A stretch of DNA of 64,000 bases from an uncultured Planctomycetia bacterium (GTDB taxonomy: Bacteria > Omnitrophota > Gorgyraeia > 1-14-0-20-64-10): positions 23,001-87,000 of the forward strand of contig CAYJWF010000003.1 of the NCBI GenBank assembly GCA_964373805.1, given 5' to 3'. The notes beneath the pieces are model-generated. The model made no database searches, was not told the DNA's origin, and saw only the letters and a list, made by a program, of their open reading frames with translations. Positions 29,962 to 39,220 of the stretch are shown here, piece by piece; within the stretch, counting starts at the first letter, position 1; each line of letters opens with the position of its first letter. The position numbers were made by a program, and so were the translations under genes.

Positions 29962-31781
29962 GTACGCCGAAACAAATGGGTAATCCCGTGTACGGAGGAG
30001 TACAGGAATAGACCGAAGCCGATAACCCCAATAAAACGAAAAGGTTCCGCGGAAAATCGGCCGAAACGCCAGAGGGTTTTTTGACTTTCCAATGGATAAT
30101 AGACGACTAGGCCGTTTGTGAGAGTCCCCTGGCTATCCAGGGAAAAAGCGCGTCGGATTCGAAGGTAGGAATTTCCAAGCCCGTTGTTGTAAAGATCCGT
30201 CCGTTCCTGAGGGCTAAGGAGCCGCCTCCAGATGCTGACCTCATCAATGCAGCCGTTCATATAGCCCCCGCCCTCGTGGAAATTGGAGAAACGGCCAATC
30301 GTGAACTCGAAAGGGCTGTCGTAGCTGGTTGTCTCCGGTGGCATCGTGGCCGTATCGATGGAGCCATTGTTAACCTGTATGGAGAGGGTATTCGGATCTA
30401 TCCCACTTGTCTGGTACCAGGCCACGATATAGTACCAAGTTCCAGTAGCAGGAGCACTAGAGTTGTAAGAACCAGTGGCCCAGGAGTTTAAACCGTTGCC
30501 TACCGTAAACTCAAAGACGTCCTGGCTGGGGCTGTAGCGTAGTAGATACTCATTAGAATGGGTCTTACTCGAATCTCCTTTGCTGGCGAAAATCATCTCC
30601 TCCTTGCTCTCTAAATAAACCCAGGCTGCCACCGTAAAGTCGACGTCCCCCATGCTGAGCTTCGGATTGTCTGGAGTACTGAGATACTGTGCTTCAGTCC
30701 GAACAAACTTAGCCGTTTTGCCTACTTTACCATCCACTGAGGTGACGTTGTTATGGTTCACAAGTTGGGTTTCACCATCACCCGGGTGGCTGGCGTCCGA
30801 AAGATTGGGCAGTGTCAAGAGCTGTGCCTTCCACGGATTTTCCTGGAAGAACCTGGCCTTCCAGCCTCTGTCTTCTGCGGCAGCGACCCAGACAATTTGG
30901 GGGAAGGCTGTTAAGGTGCTGGGCCAACGCCAGCTTTCCTTTCCGGCGGAAGCGACGAGGATAACCTTCTGACGAGCGGCATAGGCCGTCGTTTCCACCA
31001 AGCTTTGGGAGGCCCACCAACCTCCAAAGCTTAAGTTGATCATTTGAACTCCCTGCTTGACGGCGTAGGTAATGGCTTCGCAGATGGCTGCGGTCGACAG
31101 CCACGGACCGGATCCCACCCGTAACGGTAAGAAGAACAATTCCGTTTCCTCTGTTCCGGTGAGGATGGAAGAGATGACCTCGCTTCCATGAGATTTAAAA
31201 GCCCCTTCCCCACGGGGATCGGGGTCCCGTCCGTAAAAATCGTAACCCTGGAAATCATCGATGTAGCCGTTCCCATCATTATCGGTCTGATCGACTGGGA
31301 TTTCGCCGGCATTCTTCAGCAGCCGATCCGATAAGATGGGCTGCGTCAGATCAAAACCAGAGTCAATCACGGCTATGGAAAATCCTTTGCCGGCCGCTTG
31401 TCCAGTGACGATCGCTGATCCTTTGGTATCCACGGTGTGAAAGAAGGCTGTTAACTTGTAGTTCGGCTCAGCGTATACGACGGCCGGATAGGTGCGAAGA
31501 TGTTCGAGAACCTTCGCCACGGGTATCGACTGATTGAAGCTAACCAAGTAGAGTCCCCAGGGAGCGATTTCGCGCTCAATGGAGATATGGACCTCCTCTG
31601 TAATCTTTTTAAGTTGGGATAAGGGCGTTTCCAGATCAAACCTGACTAAGGCCTGCCCCGGCAGAAAATCCGGAGAGGCTTCCTCAATCCTTGCCTCTGC
31701 CGGGCAATCCTTCGCGTTTAGGATTTCCATGCAAAGGCAGATTGCGACGAACCAGAATACCCTACGGCTGACCATACACAC
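29958..31781 (-). CDS. secreted subtilase-like (S8) protein with degenerate active site, LamG/ConA-like lectin domain and C-terminal hydrophobic anchor
   Basis: Signal peptide. S8 Asp (AVIDSGFD) and His (HGSEV) regions and INLSFGG are present. The oxyanion Asn position reads SAGK, and no GTSxA serine segment was found. Instead a LamG-like domain follows (DVDFTVAAWVYL...IDEVSIWRRLLSPQERTDLYNNG). C-terminus AEPFRFIGVIGFGLFL...RRT resembles a PEP-CTERM-type sorting signal. Confidence 0.6.
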   Translation of the reverse strand: MCMVSRRVFWFVAICLCMEILNAKDCPAEARIEEASPDFLPGQALVRFDLETPLSQLKKITEEVHISIEREIAPWGLYLVSFNQSIPVAKVLEHLRTYPAVVYAEPNYKLTAFFHTVDTKGSAIVTGQAAGKGFSIAVIDSGFDLTQPILSDRLLKNAGEIPVDQTDNDGNGYIDDFQGYDFYGRDPDPRGEGAFKSHGSEVISSILTGTEETELFFLPLRVGSGPWLSTAAICEAITYAVKQGVQMINLSFGGWWASQSLVETTAYAARQKVILVASAGKESWRWPSTLTAFPQIVWVAAAEDRGWKARFFQENPWKAQLLTLPNLSDASHPGDGETQLVNHNNVTSVDGKVGKTAKFVRTEAQYLSTPDNPKLSMGDVDFTVAAWVYLESKEEMIFASKGDSSKTHSNEYLLRYSPSQDVFEFTVGNGLNSWATGSYNSSAPATGTWYYIVAWYQTSGIDPNTLSIQVNNGSIDTATMPPETTSYDSPFEFTIGRFSNFHEGGGYMNGCIDEVSIWRRLLSPQERTDLYNNGLGNSYLRIRRAFSLDSQGTLTNGLVVYYPLESQKTLWRFGRFSAEPFRFIGVIGFGLFLYSSVHGITHLFRRT

Positions 31782-32772
31782 TGACGTGGATATCGGGTGT
31801 GATCCCGTTTATCTCCTTTCGGTAGTAGGCGATGACGTTCTCAAGGATATCGTTGAGTTTCATGGTGGGGGAAAAGCCGACAAAACGGTTTGCCTTCGTA
31901 ATATCAGGCACTCGCCTCACCATATCTTCGAATCCCTCTTCATAGGCTTTATCGTAGGGGATGTAGGAAATCTGAGACCGGCTTTCGGTCAAGTCGATGA
32001 CGTGTTTGGCCAGCTGCTCAATGGAAACCTCCTCTTGACTCCCGATGTTGAAGGCCTCTCCTGCCGCCTCGGGTAATTCCATCAGCCTTGCCATCGCGAG
32101 AACGGCATCCTTGACGTAGAGAAAACAACGAGACTGTTTCCCGTTTCCATAGATGGTCAAGGGATCTCCTCGTAGGGCCTGCTGGACGAAACGGGGGATC
32201 ACCATGCCGTAGGCTCCCGTTTGACGGGGACCTACCGTATTGAACAGTCGGACGATCACGGTAGGAATTCCCTTTTCCTTCCAATACGTGTAGGCAAGGA
32301 TTTCATCAACCGCCTTCGATGTGGAATAAGCCCACCGACTTTTCAAGGGAGAACCCAGTATCCGATCCTCATCCTCTTTGAGAGGTCCATTGGTGTTCTT
32401 GCCATAAATCTCTGAGGTAGAGGTGATGAGGACTCGTCTCCGATAGCGGTGGGCCATATCCAGGACAATCTCGCTGCCTCGAATGTTTGTCGTCAATGAT
32501 TCCAGCGGATGCTTGATGATCAGGTCCACTCCCACGGCCGCTGCCAAATGAAAAACAGCATCGGAGCGCTCCACAAATTTGTCCACGAGACGCTCATCCA
32601 GAATAGAGCCCACTACCAGCTGGAAGGAGGGATGTCCCTTGAGTGGGTTGCAGTTTTCGACGCGGCCCGTTGAGAGATTATCGAGAACTACCACCTGATG
32701 TCCTTGAGCGATGAGAACCTCGGCCAAATGAGATCCGATAAAACCAGCGCCACCTGTAATGAGTACTCGCAC
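31762..32772 (-). CDS. NAD-dependent epimerase/dehydratase (UDP-sugar epimerase / decarboxylase-like SDR)
   Basis: ITGGAGFIGSHL and YSTSK motifs, 336 aa. Confidence 0.75.
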   Translation of the reverse strand: MRVLITGGAGFIGSHLAEVLIAQGHQVVVLDNLSTGRVENCNPLKGHPSFQLVVGSILDERLVDKFVERSDAVFHLAAAVGVDLIIKHPLESLTTNIRGSEIVLDMAHRYRRRVLITSTSEIYGKNTNGPLKEDEDRILGSPLKSRWAYSTSKAVDEILAYTYWKEKGIPTVIVRLFNTVGPRQTGAYGMVIPRFVQQALRGDPLTIYGNGKQSRCFLYVKDAVLAMARLMELPEAAGEAFNIGSQEEVSIEQLAKHVIDLTESRSQISYIPYDKAYEEGFEDMVRRVPDITKANRFVGFSPTMKLNDILENVIAYYRKEINGITPDIHVSVYGQP

Positions 32773-33992
32773 TAACCTTTTCCTCCTAACTGCTCATACA
32801 GCGTTGAGATATCCTGTATGAGCCGCTCCTGGTTGAATTCCTTTAGGGCGTAGGAACGGGCCGCTTCCCCCAGCTTCCTTCGGAGGCCGGCATCTGCTGC
32901 AACCAACTTCAGCGCGGCGGCCATCCCTTGCGCATCTCCCGGGCGGATGAGTATCCCTCGATCGGTGACTTCGTATCCGCCGCTCGGAATATCCGCCGTG
33001 AGAACTCCTTTGCCCTCTAACAAGTCACGAACCCCTCCGACGTCCATTGCGACAACGACACGGCCAGCCGCCATGGCCTCAATAAGACAAACCGGTGTCC
33101 CCTCATTCTGTGAGGTGAGACAGACGACGTCCAGGCACTCGTACCAAGTACGGAGATCTTTCTGCCAACCGATGAACCGAACGACCCCTGCGAGATCTCG
33201 CCTTCTCACCTCTTCCTCCAATTTTTCTCTCAGAGGCCCATCGCCTACCACGAAAGCCTCTACGGCATGGAGAGGGATCTGCTTGACGAACTGTCCTACC
33301 GCTTCAAGGAAGAGGCTTGGGTTCTTAATAGCAACCAGTCTGCCTACCAGGCCGCATCGGAAGACGCAGGAGCCATTCCGGGATGGAATCTTGGCCAAGG
33401 CAGACAGATCAATCCCCAGAGAGATCACTTGGACCTGATCCTCTCGACCGATTCCTTTTTCTAGAAGTTCCTGACGTATGGCTGCACTCACTGCGATAAG
33501 GCGGTCCGTATAAAGCGACAACCACCGTTCGAGAAAGATAAAAGCCCTTGTCAGCCAGGGATGGAAATAGCCTTCGAGAACATGCCCATGGAACGTGTGG
33601 ATCAGCACCGCCTTTTTCCCCGATGTTCTCCCGTAACCGATCCGGTTATACAGAATCCCCGCCAGGCGGCCTAGGGTTCCTGATTTGGCCATGTGCGTAT
33701 GGAGGATATCGGGCCGTTCTTTCCATACAATCAAAACGATTTGAAGCAGAGCAACAGCATCCGCCCAAGGGCGGATCGAGCGGCGAAGGCTCTTGATTTG
33801 AATGAGCCGTGTTGGGTGGCCCTTGAACCGCTCACTTAAATCACCTTCTCTCGCATCGGATTCTCCAACCACTAGACACGTGGAGAATCTTTCCGAATCC
33901 AGTCCGGCCGACAAAACAGAAGCGTGAACAGCCGGACCCCCAATATTTAAGCGGGTTAAAACCCTGAGGATCTTTATCACGGCTTGGCACAT
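32772..33992 (-). CDS. GT4 family glycosyltransferase (GT-B)
   Basis: N-terminal Glyco_trans_4-like region (LNIGGPAVHASVL) and C-terminal E..E motif region (SQNEGTPVCLIEAMAAGRVVVA). Confidence 0.75.
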   Translation of the reverse strand: MCQAVIKILRVLTRLNIGGPAVHASVLSAGLDSERFSTCLVVGESDAREGDLSERFKGHPTRLIQIKSLRRSIRPWADAVALLQIVLIVWKERPDILHTHMAKSGTLGRLAGILYNRIGYGRTSGKKAVLIHTFHGHVLEGYFHPWLTRAFIFLERWLSLYTDRLIAVSAAIRQELLEKGIGREDQVQVISLGIDLSALAKIPSRNGSCVFRCGLVGRLVAIKNPSLFLEAVGQFVKQIPLHAVEAFVVGDGPLREKLEEEVRRRDLAGVVRFIGWQKDLRTWYECLDVVCLTSQNEGTPVCLIEAMAAGRVVVAMDVGGVRDLLEGKGVLTADIPSGGYEVTDRGILIRPGDAQGMAAALKLVAADAGLRRKLGEAARSYALKEFNQERLIQDISTLYEQLGGKG

Positions 33993-34044
33993 CCATCCGG
34001 AAAAACGATTATAGCACTAATCACGCAATCGACCAAGGTCTCCA
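33993..34044 (-). promoter_or_regulatory. candidate sigma70-type promoter inside the glycan locus
   Basis: 52-bp gap read on the minus strand: TTGGTC, 17-nt spacer, perfect TATAAT. The GT4 ATG lies ~15 nt downstream, giving a very short leader. Confidence 0.4.
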
Positions 34045-34767
34045 TTAGGATGAAGGTCTAAAGAGTCTTAAGATCTCCATCTTCAGCCGAGGCCAGGGTT
34101 TCTGCCGTTGTATCCGGGAAGGATTGACGCCCAACTCAGAGACGGTTTCAAAATAGCGCTCGTAGGCGATGCCGTTGATCTGAAGCCCTTTGGCAGCGGC
34201 TCGGATGAGCTGAGGATCTCTCTGAAGTTCTTCCCAATGGGCTAACTGACCCCGTTCGTTGGTAAAAAAAATCCCGTTGGCTACATCAAAAAGGATTACC
34301 TTTTCTTCCCCTACCTGAACGACTGCCACAATGATCTGGTGTGAGAGTCCTTTGGCCTTCAAGATGGTTGAGCCTGTAGGGAAGCCACCATAACTTGCGA
34401 GCAGTGCGAAAGCCTCGGTCCTTTGATCGGGCGCTCCATATCCCCGGATGAGGACGTTGAGGATGTGGTCGTCTACAATGGGGAAATTGCCCGGGATCGG
34501 GCGTACGTTCTTCACCGTCCAGAAGAAAAGCTTCTCCAGTCTCTCTTGATCCGTGGTCGCCCCCTGCGTGATCTCTTGTGCTAAACGTCGGGCCTGGAGG
34601 TCGCGACTTACGAAATGGATGGCCTTCTCATACAGGGGAATTTCCTTACTCGACCAAACGAAATCTATCCCTGAGCGCGTTGTCACGGGCCAGCTCAGGA
34701 TTAAAGTTCCTGTCACGACGACAAGCGTTGCACCAATTCCCCAGTGAACCGAGCTCAATTTTTTCAA
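34045..34767 (-). CDS. membrane-anchored transglutaminase-like protein with substituted catalytic Cys
   Basis: Track ORF 34045..34980 overlaps the upstream gene by 216 nt. An in-frame TTG at 34767 forms a TTGA overlap with the upstream stop and is preceded by AAGGG. It would give (M)KKLSSVHW plus a TM helix. The TGase-like core is GATTDQERLEKLFFWTVKNV...RGYGAPDQRTEAFALLASYGG (Gly where the Cys is expected)...SHQ...FDV. Confidence 0.45.
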   Translation of the reverse strand: MKKLSSVHWGIGATLVVVTGTLILSWPVTTRSGIDFVWSSKEIPLYEKAIHFVSRDLQARRLAQEITQGATTDQERLEKLFFWTVKNVRPIPGNFPIVDDHILNVLIRGYGAPDQRTEAFALLASYGGFPTGSTILKAKGLSHQIIVAVVQVGEEKVILFDVANGIFFTNERGQLAHWEELQRDPQLIRAAAKGLQINGIAYERYFETVSELGVNPSRIQRQKPWPRLKMEILRLFRPSS

Positions 34768-36041
34768 CGAAGTGCCCTTTTTTGTCTCATGAACCAAATT
34801 CCGGAAAGTCGACCTCTTATCCACCCTAGGCTTATGGCAGCGAACAAGAGCAGGACCGGTTCTACCAGCCACCGGTGACGGCCATCCACGTAGTAAAGGC
34901 TTTGATAGGCGGCGATCGAGGATGCGTAAGCCAGAAGAAGAAGTAACGGTGTGTTCCTCCACTGTCGGCGTAAACGCCAAAATCCCGCCAGGATCAGGGT
35001 TCCTACAACGCTATAGTACCACCGGTACCAGCGGGAATAGGGAGGAGGATATTTCAAGCCGGCTTGTGGGGCGAACCACCAAAAGGTCTTCAGCTTCTTC
35101 CCATAGAGGCGGAGGGTCGAAAGCGGGTGGTCTTGGATAAATCTCCAAGCCTCTTGTTGGAACAACCGACTTTGGCCACCCTCGTCCAACTGGGAGAGCT
35201 GGCGGTAAAATGCCGGCGAGGCCGTGCTCAATACCGTCCTACCATCGGGTAGGTGAGCGGATCCGGATGCAAGGGGGTTGTTTCCCTGCCAGAAAGATTG
35301 GCTGGCCGAGGTGATAACGATGGGAAAGCGGTGGAGACGCAAGGCATTGCGGATAAGCCACGGGGTTACCAGGACGCCGGTAGTAAATCCCATTAGCCCC
35401 AAGAGTGCCAGAGTTTTCTGAGGCCGATCTCGAAATTCCCAGTAAAACCATCCGGTGGCCAATAGCAGAAAAGGGATGATGGTTCCTCTGGACAGGAGGG
35501 CAAAGCCGCTTGCGAGTCCAACGTGAAGAGCCATGACGCCCGTAGGTTCTTGCCGGAAACGCAACCAGGCCCATAAGACCCAGAGAAAAGCAAAGTGATC
35601 CAACGTCAGGGTATGGAGAAGACTCGAATAAAAAATTAAGGGAGGATGAAACGCCACCAACCAAGCTCCCGCGTCTGCCGCGTTGGGATGGGCTGGGAAA
35701 ACGTGATTTCCAATGGCGCGCACCTGAAGACAGGCGGCGGCGCTGATCAGACACTGGAGGATCAGCAAGGCAACCTGATGATGATGGGTCAGGGCGTAGA
35801 CGGCGGCACAGAAGAGGGGATAGGCGGGCAATAAGAAGGCACGGTAAGGTACACCGAGATGCTCAATGACAAACCCCTGCCCGGCTAGGAGGTTATTGGC
35901 GATGATCTCCATTTCTAAGGGAGTTGGATTGAAAAAATGCCCCAGCTGCCAGCCGACGACTAGTCGAATCGCAAAAGCTGTCAGGAAAAGAACAACGGTC
36001 TGTGTAACGGTGGACTTCGCTTGAGCGGGGATTGGATTCAT
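34764..36041 (-). CDS. polytopic membrane protein, GT-C/ArnT-like glycosyltransferase or polysaccharide polymerase candidate
   Basis: 425 aa with ~10 TM helices. Aromatic/His-rich loops. Family is not identifiable by eye. Confidence 0.45.
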   Translation of the reverse strand: MNPIPAQAKSTVTQTVVLFLTAFAIRLVVGWQLGHFFNPTPLEMEIIANNLLAGQGFVIEHLGVPYRAFLLPAYPLFCAAVYALTHHHQVALLILQCLISAAACLQVRAIGNHVFPAHPNAADAGAWLVAFHPPLIFYSSLLHTLTLDHFAFLWVLWAWLRFRQEPTGVMALHVGLASGFALLSRGTIIPFLLLATGWFYWEFRDRPQKTLALLGLMGFTTGVLVTPWLIRNALRLHRFPIVITSASQSFWQGNNPLASGSAHLPDGRTVLSTASPAFYRQLSQLDEGGQSRLFQQEAWRFIQDHPLSTLRLYGKKLKTFWWFAPQAGLKYPPPYSRWYRWYYSVVGTLILAGFWRLRRQWRNTPLLLLLAYASSIAAYQSLYYVDGRHRWLVEPVLLLFAAISLGWIRGRLSGIWFMRQKRALR

Positions 36042-37084
36042 GGGTGTGCGGCACGCAAGAGGGAACGCATCCGATGAACGTAGGTATGTTCCTTTAAAAC
36101 TCTGGCCCTGCCCCGTTGCGCGATGCGCGCCCGCTCATCGGGGTGGCGAAGGTAATATTCCGCCAAATCCTTGGCTTCTTCAGGAGAATGGTAGGCGGCA
36201 ATCTCCTGCTGGGGTTCGAGCAGCTCCTCCATTCCGGGAACGGCATCCATCAGTTGGAAAGCTCCCGTTGCCAACACCTCGAAGGTACGCAGATTCAAGC
36301 CGGCCTCATGGGTTTGATCGGAATGGATGTTCAGGCAGATTTTCGCGGCGCTGTAAATTCTGGCTGCGACGGTATCGGGGATGAAGCGTGAACTGCGGAC
36401 AATCAACCGCTGTGCGGGAAGGAGCAATCTGCGTGCCTCACCGCTGGTCCAGCCCCGCCCCCAGATGCTCAGGTCGAGATCGCAGAGGGCCCGAGCCATC
36501 TCAGCGCGCTTGGGATAATACCACGCGACCAAGGCGACGTCACAAGCGTAGCGCTTCTTTTCCATTCGACTTAATACCTGAGGTCGGTAGATGTTTTCAT
36601 CGCTGGCACAGGGTAGAAACTGGACATTGGGAGCACCTTCTGCACGGAGTCTGGCCATGTACGATCGATCGAAGATGAAGAAGATATCGTAGAGGGGTAA
36701 AAGGTCCTTCACCGGTTTTCGGAACGGGTCGTCGAGCCACCAAGTCAATAAGGGGCATCGAGCCAGGGCCTTCATCGACTGAACGACGTTTACCGAGAGG
36801 GAATGTCCCCAGAGGACCAGGATAAGATTGGGTCGTATCTTCGCAACGGTTCGAAGGAGCCTTTGGTCTCGAGCTTCATGCCAGTGGGATCTCCAGCGGT
36901 CAAGCCACTCGGTCAGTCCCGGAAGGGTAGGGGCGAGGGATCGAGCCCTGCGAAGCGTGAACCTGTCTAACGACAAACTCGTGGAGTAAAAGACTGAAAC
37001 CGACTGCCCCAACCGCTCGAGTGCCCGCGTGGTGTAGGTCGCCCACGGCATAAACAACGATGGAGCGATAAGCAATATGCGCAT
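36038..37084 (-). CDS. glycosyltransferase, CgeB-like / GT-B (Glyco_trans_1_2-type C-terminus)
   Basis: C-terminal region ICLNIHSDQTHEAGLNLRTFEVLATGAFQLMD is typical of CgeB/spore-maturation-type GT-B proteins. Confidence 0.55.
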   Translation of the reverse strand: MRILLIAPSLFMPWATYTTRALERLGQSVSVFYSTSLSLDRFTLRRARSLAPTLPGLTEWLDRWRSHWHEARDQRLLRTVAKIRPNLILVLWGHSLSVNVVQSMKALARCPLLTWWLDDPFRKPVKDLLPLYDIFFIFDRSYMARLRAEGAPNVQFLPCASDENIYRPQVLSRMEKKRYACDVALVAWYYPKRAEMARALCDLDLSIWGRGWTSGEARRLLLPAQRLIVRSSRFIPDTVAARIYSAAKICLNIHSDQTHEAGLNLRTFEVLATGAFQLMDAVPGMEELLEPQQEIAAYHSPEEAKDLAEYYLRHPDERARIAQRGRARVLKEHTYVHRMRSLLRAAHP

Positions 37085-37093
37085 AAGGAGAAA

Positions 37094-39220
37094 CTATGAG
37101 GCCGCGCCGACTGAGGCGTGGCCGGGGGTTGAACCCTTTGGCATAAGCGGGTGGCCCCTACGAGGGAAAAGGTCAGAGGTTATTAGAAAATCGTATAACG
37201 TGCTACAGGGGTTAACCTCCGAGGAATAATAGAGACGTTCCAGCAGGTCTGGCCAGCGGTTCTTTCGTTCAAGGACCCCTCCCTCTTCCTGGATGCATTT
37301 CGATAGGGCCCAGCGCAGGCTTTCTGCATCCTGGAAAAAGAACACACCCTCTTCGATGTCCCACATGGGCGACTGATCGTAATGCCTAGCGGTGTCGTAG
37401 ACAATCGGCATACTGCCGAAGGCGATGGCTTCTATTCCCACCGAGGTCGTGCCCGTAATGGTGGCTCGCGATGCGCTCCATAGATTGGAAGACCACGACT
37501 CGACCATGCCGTAGCGATGGAATCCTTGCCTTGCTGCAATCGTCGCTGCCTCTCGACGGACCGGACAGAGGGGATGATCCTTGATGAGAAAAAACGTTTT
37601 CGGAAACGCCTTTCCGGCCTCGAAGGCAAGCCTCAGGATGGCCACTGAATCGGTGCGAAGAAAGGTTGTTGCGATCAACACCGGCAGGCATCCCTTTGGG
37701 AGGTCGATGTCCCACTGTTTTAGACCATCTTCGAACTGGTGGCCTTGCCTGGCCAGGTGCCGGGGATGTCCTAGGCGAACCGGTCCAGTGAGTACCACTC
37801 GCTTCGGGGCCAGCCGTTCCTGCAGAATGTTCAGCGTCGTCTTCCCATTGACAGCAATCAAATCAGGCAGTGGTGCTAATCGCGGATTCCGGTCACCACC
37901 ATTTTGACGAATCTGGCCCCGGGGAAATCGGTAACCCAGGTGATTCTGACCGGTCAGACCCGTCTGCAGGCCAATGACCGGAACGCTTGGCTGAGCAGAT
38001 TTTAACCCGGCCGTGAAGGCTCTTTCCGTTGGTTGATATTCGAACGGGATGGTCATACAGCCGATGTTTCCCAACCGCGCGGCTAACCGACGGATGGCCT
38101 CTGCCGCACATAAATTAAAGGGGATCTCGGGACTCTGAATATCGTGCTCTATTTCCCTCATCAGTAAAGGGCCGACTTCAATGCCCCTGAAGTGAGCCGT
38201 CCGTTTTCGGCCTCTACGCCAGGATTGATAGGACCGTCTGCAGCTGTTGCCAAAACAGAAGCGCAACAGCTCCAGAAAGGTTAATTGGGATTCGAGCAGA
38301 ATGATCCTGGACTTGGTCATCTGACGACGCATCTGCCTTGACAGGAAAAGGATTTTGCCGGCATGGGTCATGGTCGTCGCCGCAAATACGGGGGGGTATC
38401 CATGGTCTTCCAGAAACTTCGGCCACTCACCAAACGATCGGTTGTGCCACTGTCCTGGCTGACGGAATTCCCACATCGATGGAAACAGCGTACAAAACAA
38501 GGCCCAGGACCGGGCAGGCGGTGGGACCCCACCGGCAGAGCCCGGTGCACCTTGCTCTGGCCCGGTTGGGGCGACATCCCGAGCAACCACCTTGCCTATG
38601 CCGGTGAGTCGCAGAACAACCCATCGTAAACATTGTTGCAGGCCAAACCACCATCGCCTGAGCCATGGGAACTGGCTTAAGGATTGGCGCAGTGTTCGCC
38701 GTCGTTTAGCCCGAATCACCCCGTCCAGCCGCGCGTTATAACGCTGGGCAAGCTGACGAATCGCTGGCACAACTGCAAGATCATCGGTTAAGAGCGTTAC
38801 CCGCTTAGGTCGATGCTCAGCCAATACTTGATCGATGATCTGTAACCGGTAAAGAAGATGAATCAGGGGGGTACGCATCGGACTCATCTCAGAGATCGGC
38901 ATGAGCCACCAAACGCCAATTTGACCCCGCCAGGTCCAAAGATCCCAAAGGCCATTTTCCCTGACGAATCGGTCGAGAAAGGGAGGGTACTCTTGGCGTA
39001 TTCGCCGGCGTGCTTCTTGTGCATAAGGAGTGGGTGAGATCCATCGCGCTCTGTCTCCAATCTCTTGAGGGATACCGTCACCCGCTTCCAAGGACGAAAA
39101 TTCCAACCATTGGACGGTGCATCCGTCTCTTTGCAGGGCCTGGAGGGTACGAAGGCGACTTCGTTTCGACTGCGCTTGCTCTGTCAAGCCGATAAAGAGA
39201 ATTTCTTCCCCGATTTTCAT
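37094..39220 (-). CDS. hypothetical protein, paralog A of a three-member family (putative transferase)
   Basis: 708 aa, unrecognised family. Shares an N-terminal EILFIG motif and a central IPFEYQPTE...VPVIGLQTGLTGQNH block with 46633..48471 and 61727..63808. Confidence 0.5.
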   Translation of the reverse strand: MKIGEEILFIGLTEQAQSKRSRLRTLQALQRDGCTVQWLEFSSLEAGDGIPQEIGDRARWISPTPYAQEARRRIRQEYPPFLDRFVRENGLWDLWTWRGQIGVWWLMPISEMSPMRTPLIHLLYRLQIIDQVLAEHRPKRVTLLTDDLAVVPAIRQLAQRYNARLDGVIRAKRRRTLRQSLSQFPWLRRWWFGLQQCLRWVVLRLTGIGKVVARDVAPTGPEQGAPGSAGGVPPPARSWALFCTLFPSMWEFRQPGQWHNRSFGEWPKFLEDHGYPPVFAATTMTHAGKILFLSRQMRRQMTKSRIILLESQLTFLELLRFCFGNSCRRSYQSWRRGRKRTAHFRGIEVGPLLMREIEHDIQSPEIPFNLCAAEAIRRLAARLGNIGCMTIPFEYQPTERAFTAGLKSAQPSVPVIGLQTGLTGQNHLGYRFPRGQIRQNGGDRNPRLAPLPDLIAVNGKTTLNILQERLAPKRVVLTGPVRLGHPRHLARQGHQFEDGLKQWDIDLPKGCLPVLIATTFLRTDSVAILRLAFEAGKAFPKTFFLIKDHPLCPVRREAATIAARQGFHRYGMVESWSSNLWSASRATITGTTSVGIEAIAFGSMPIVYDTARHYDQSPMWDIEEGVFFFQDAESLRWALSKCIQEEGGVLERKNRWPDLLERLYYSSEVNPCSTLYDFLITSDLFPRRGHPLMPKGSTPGHASVGAAS

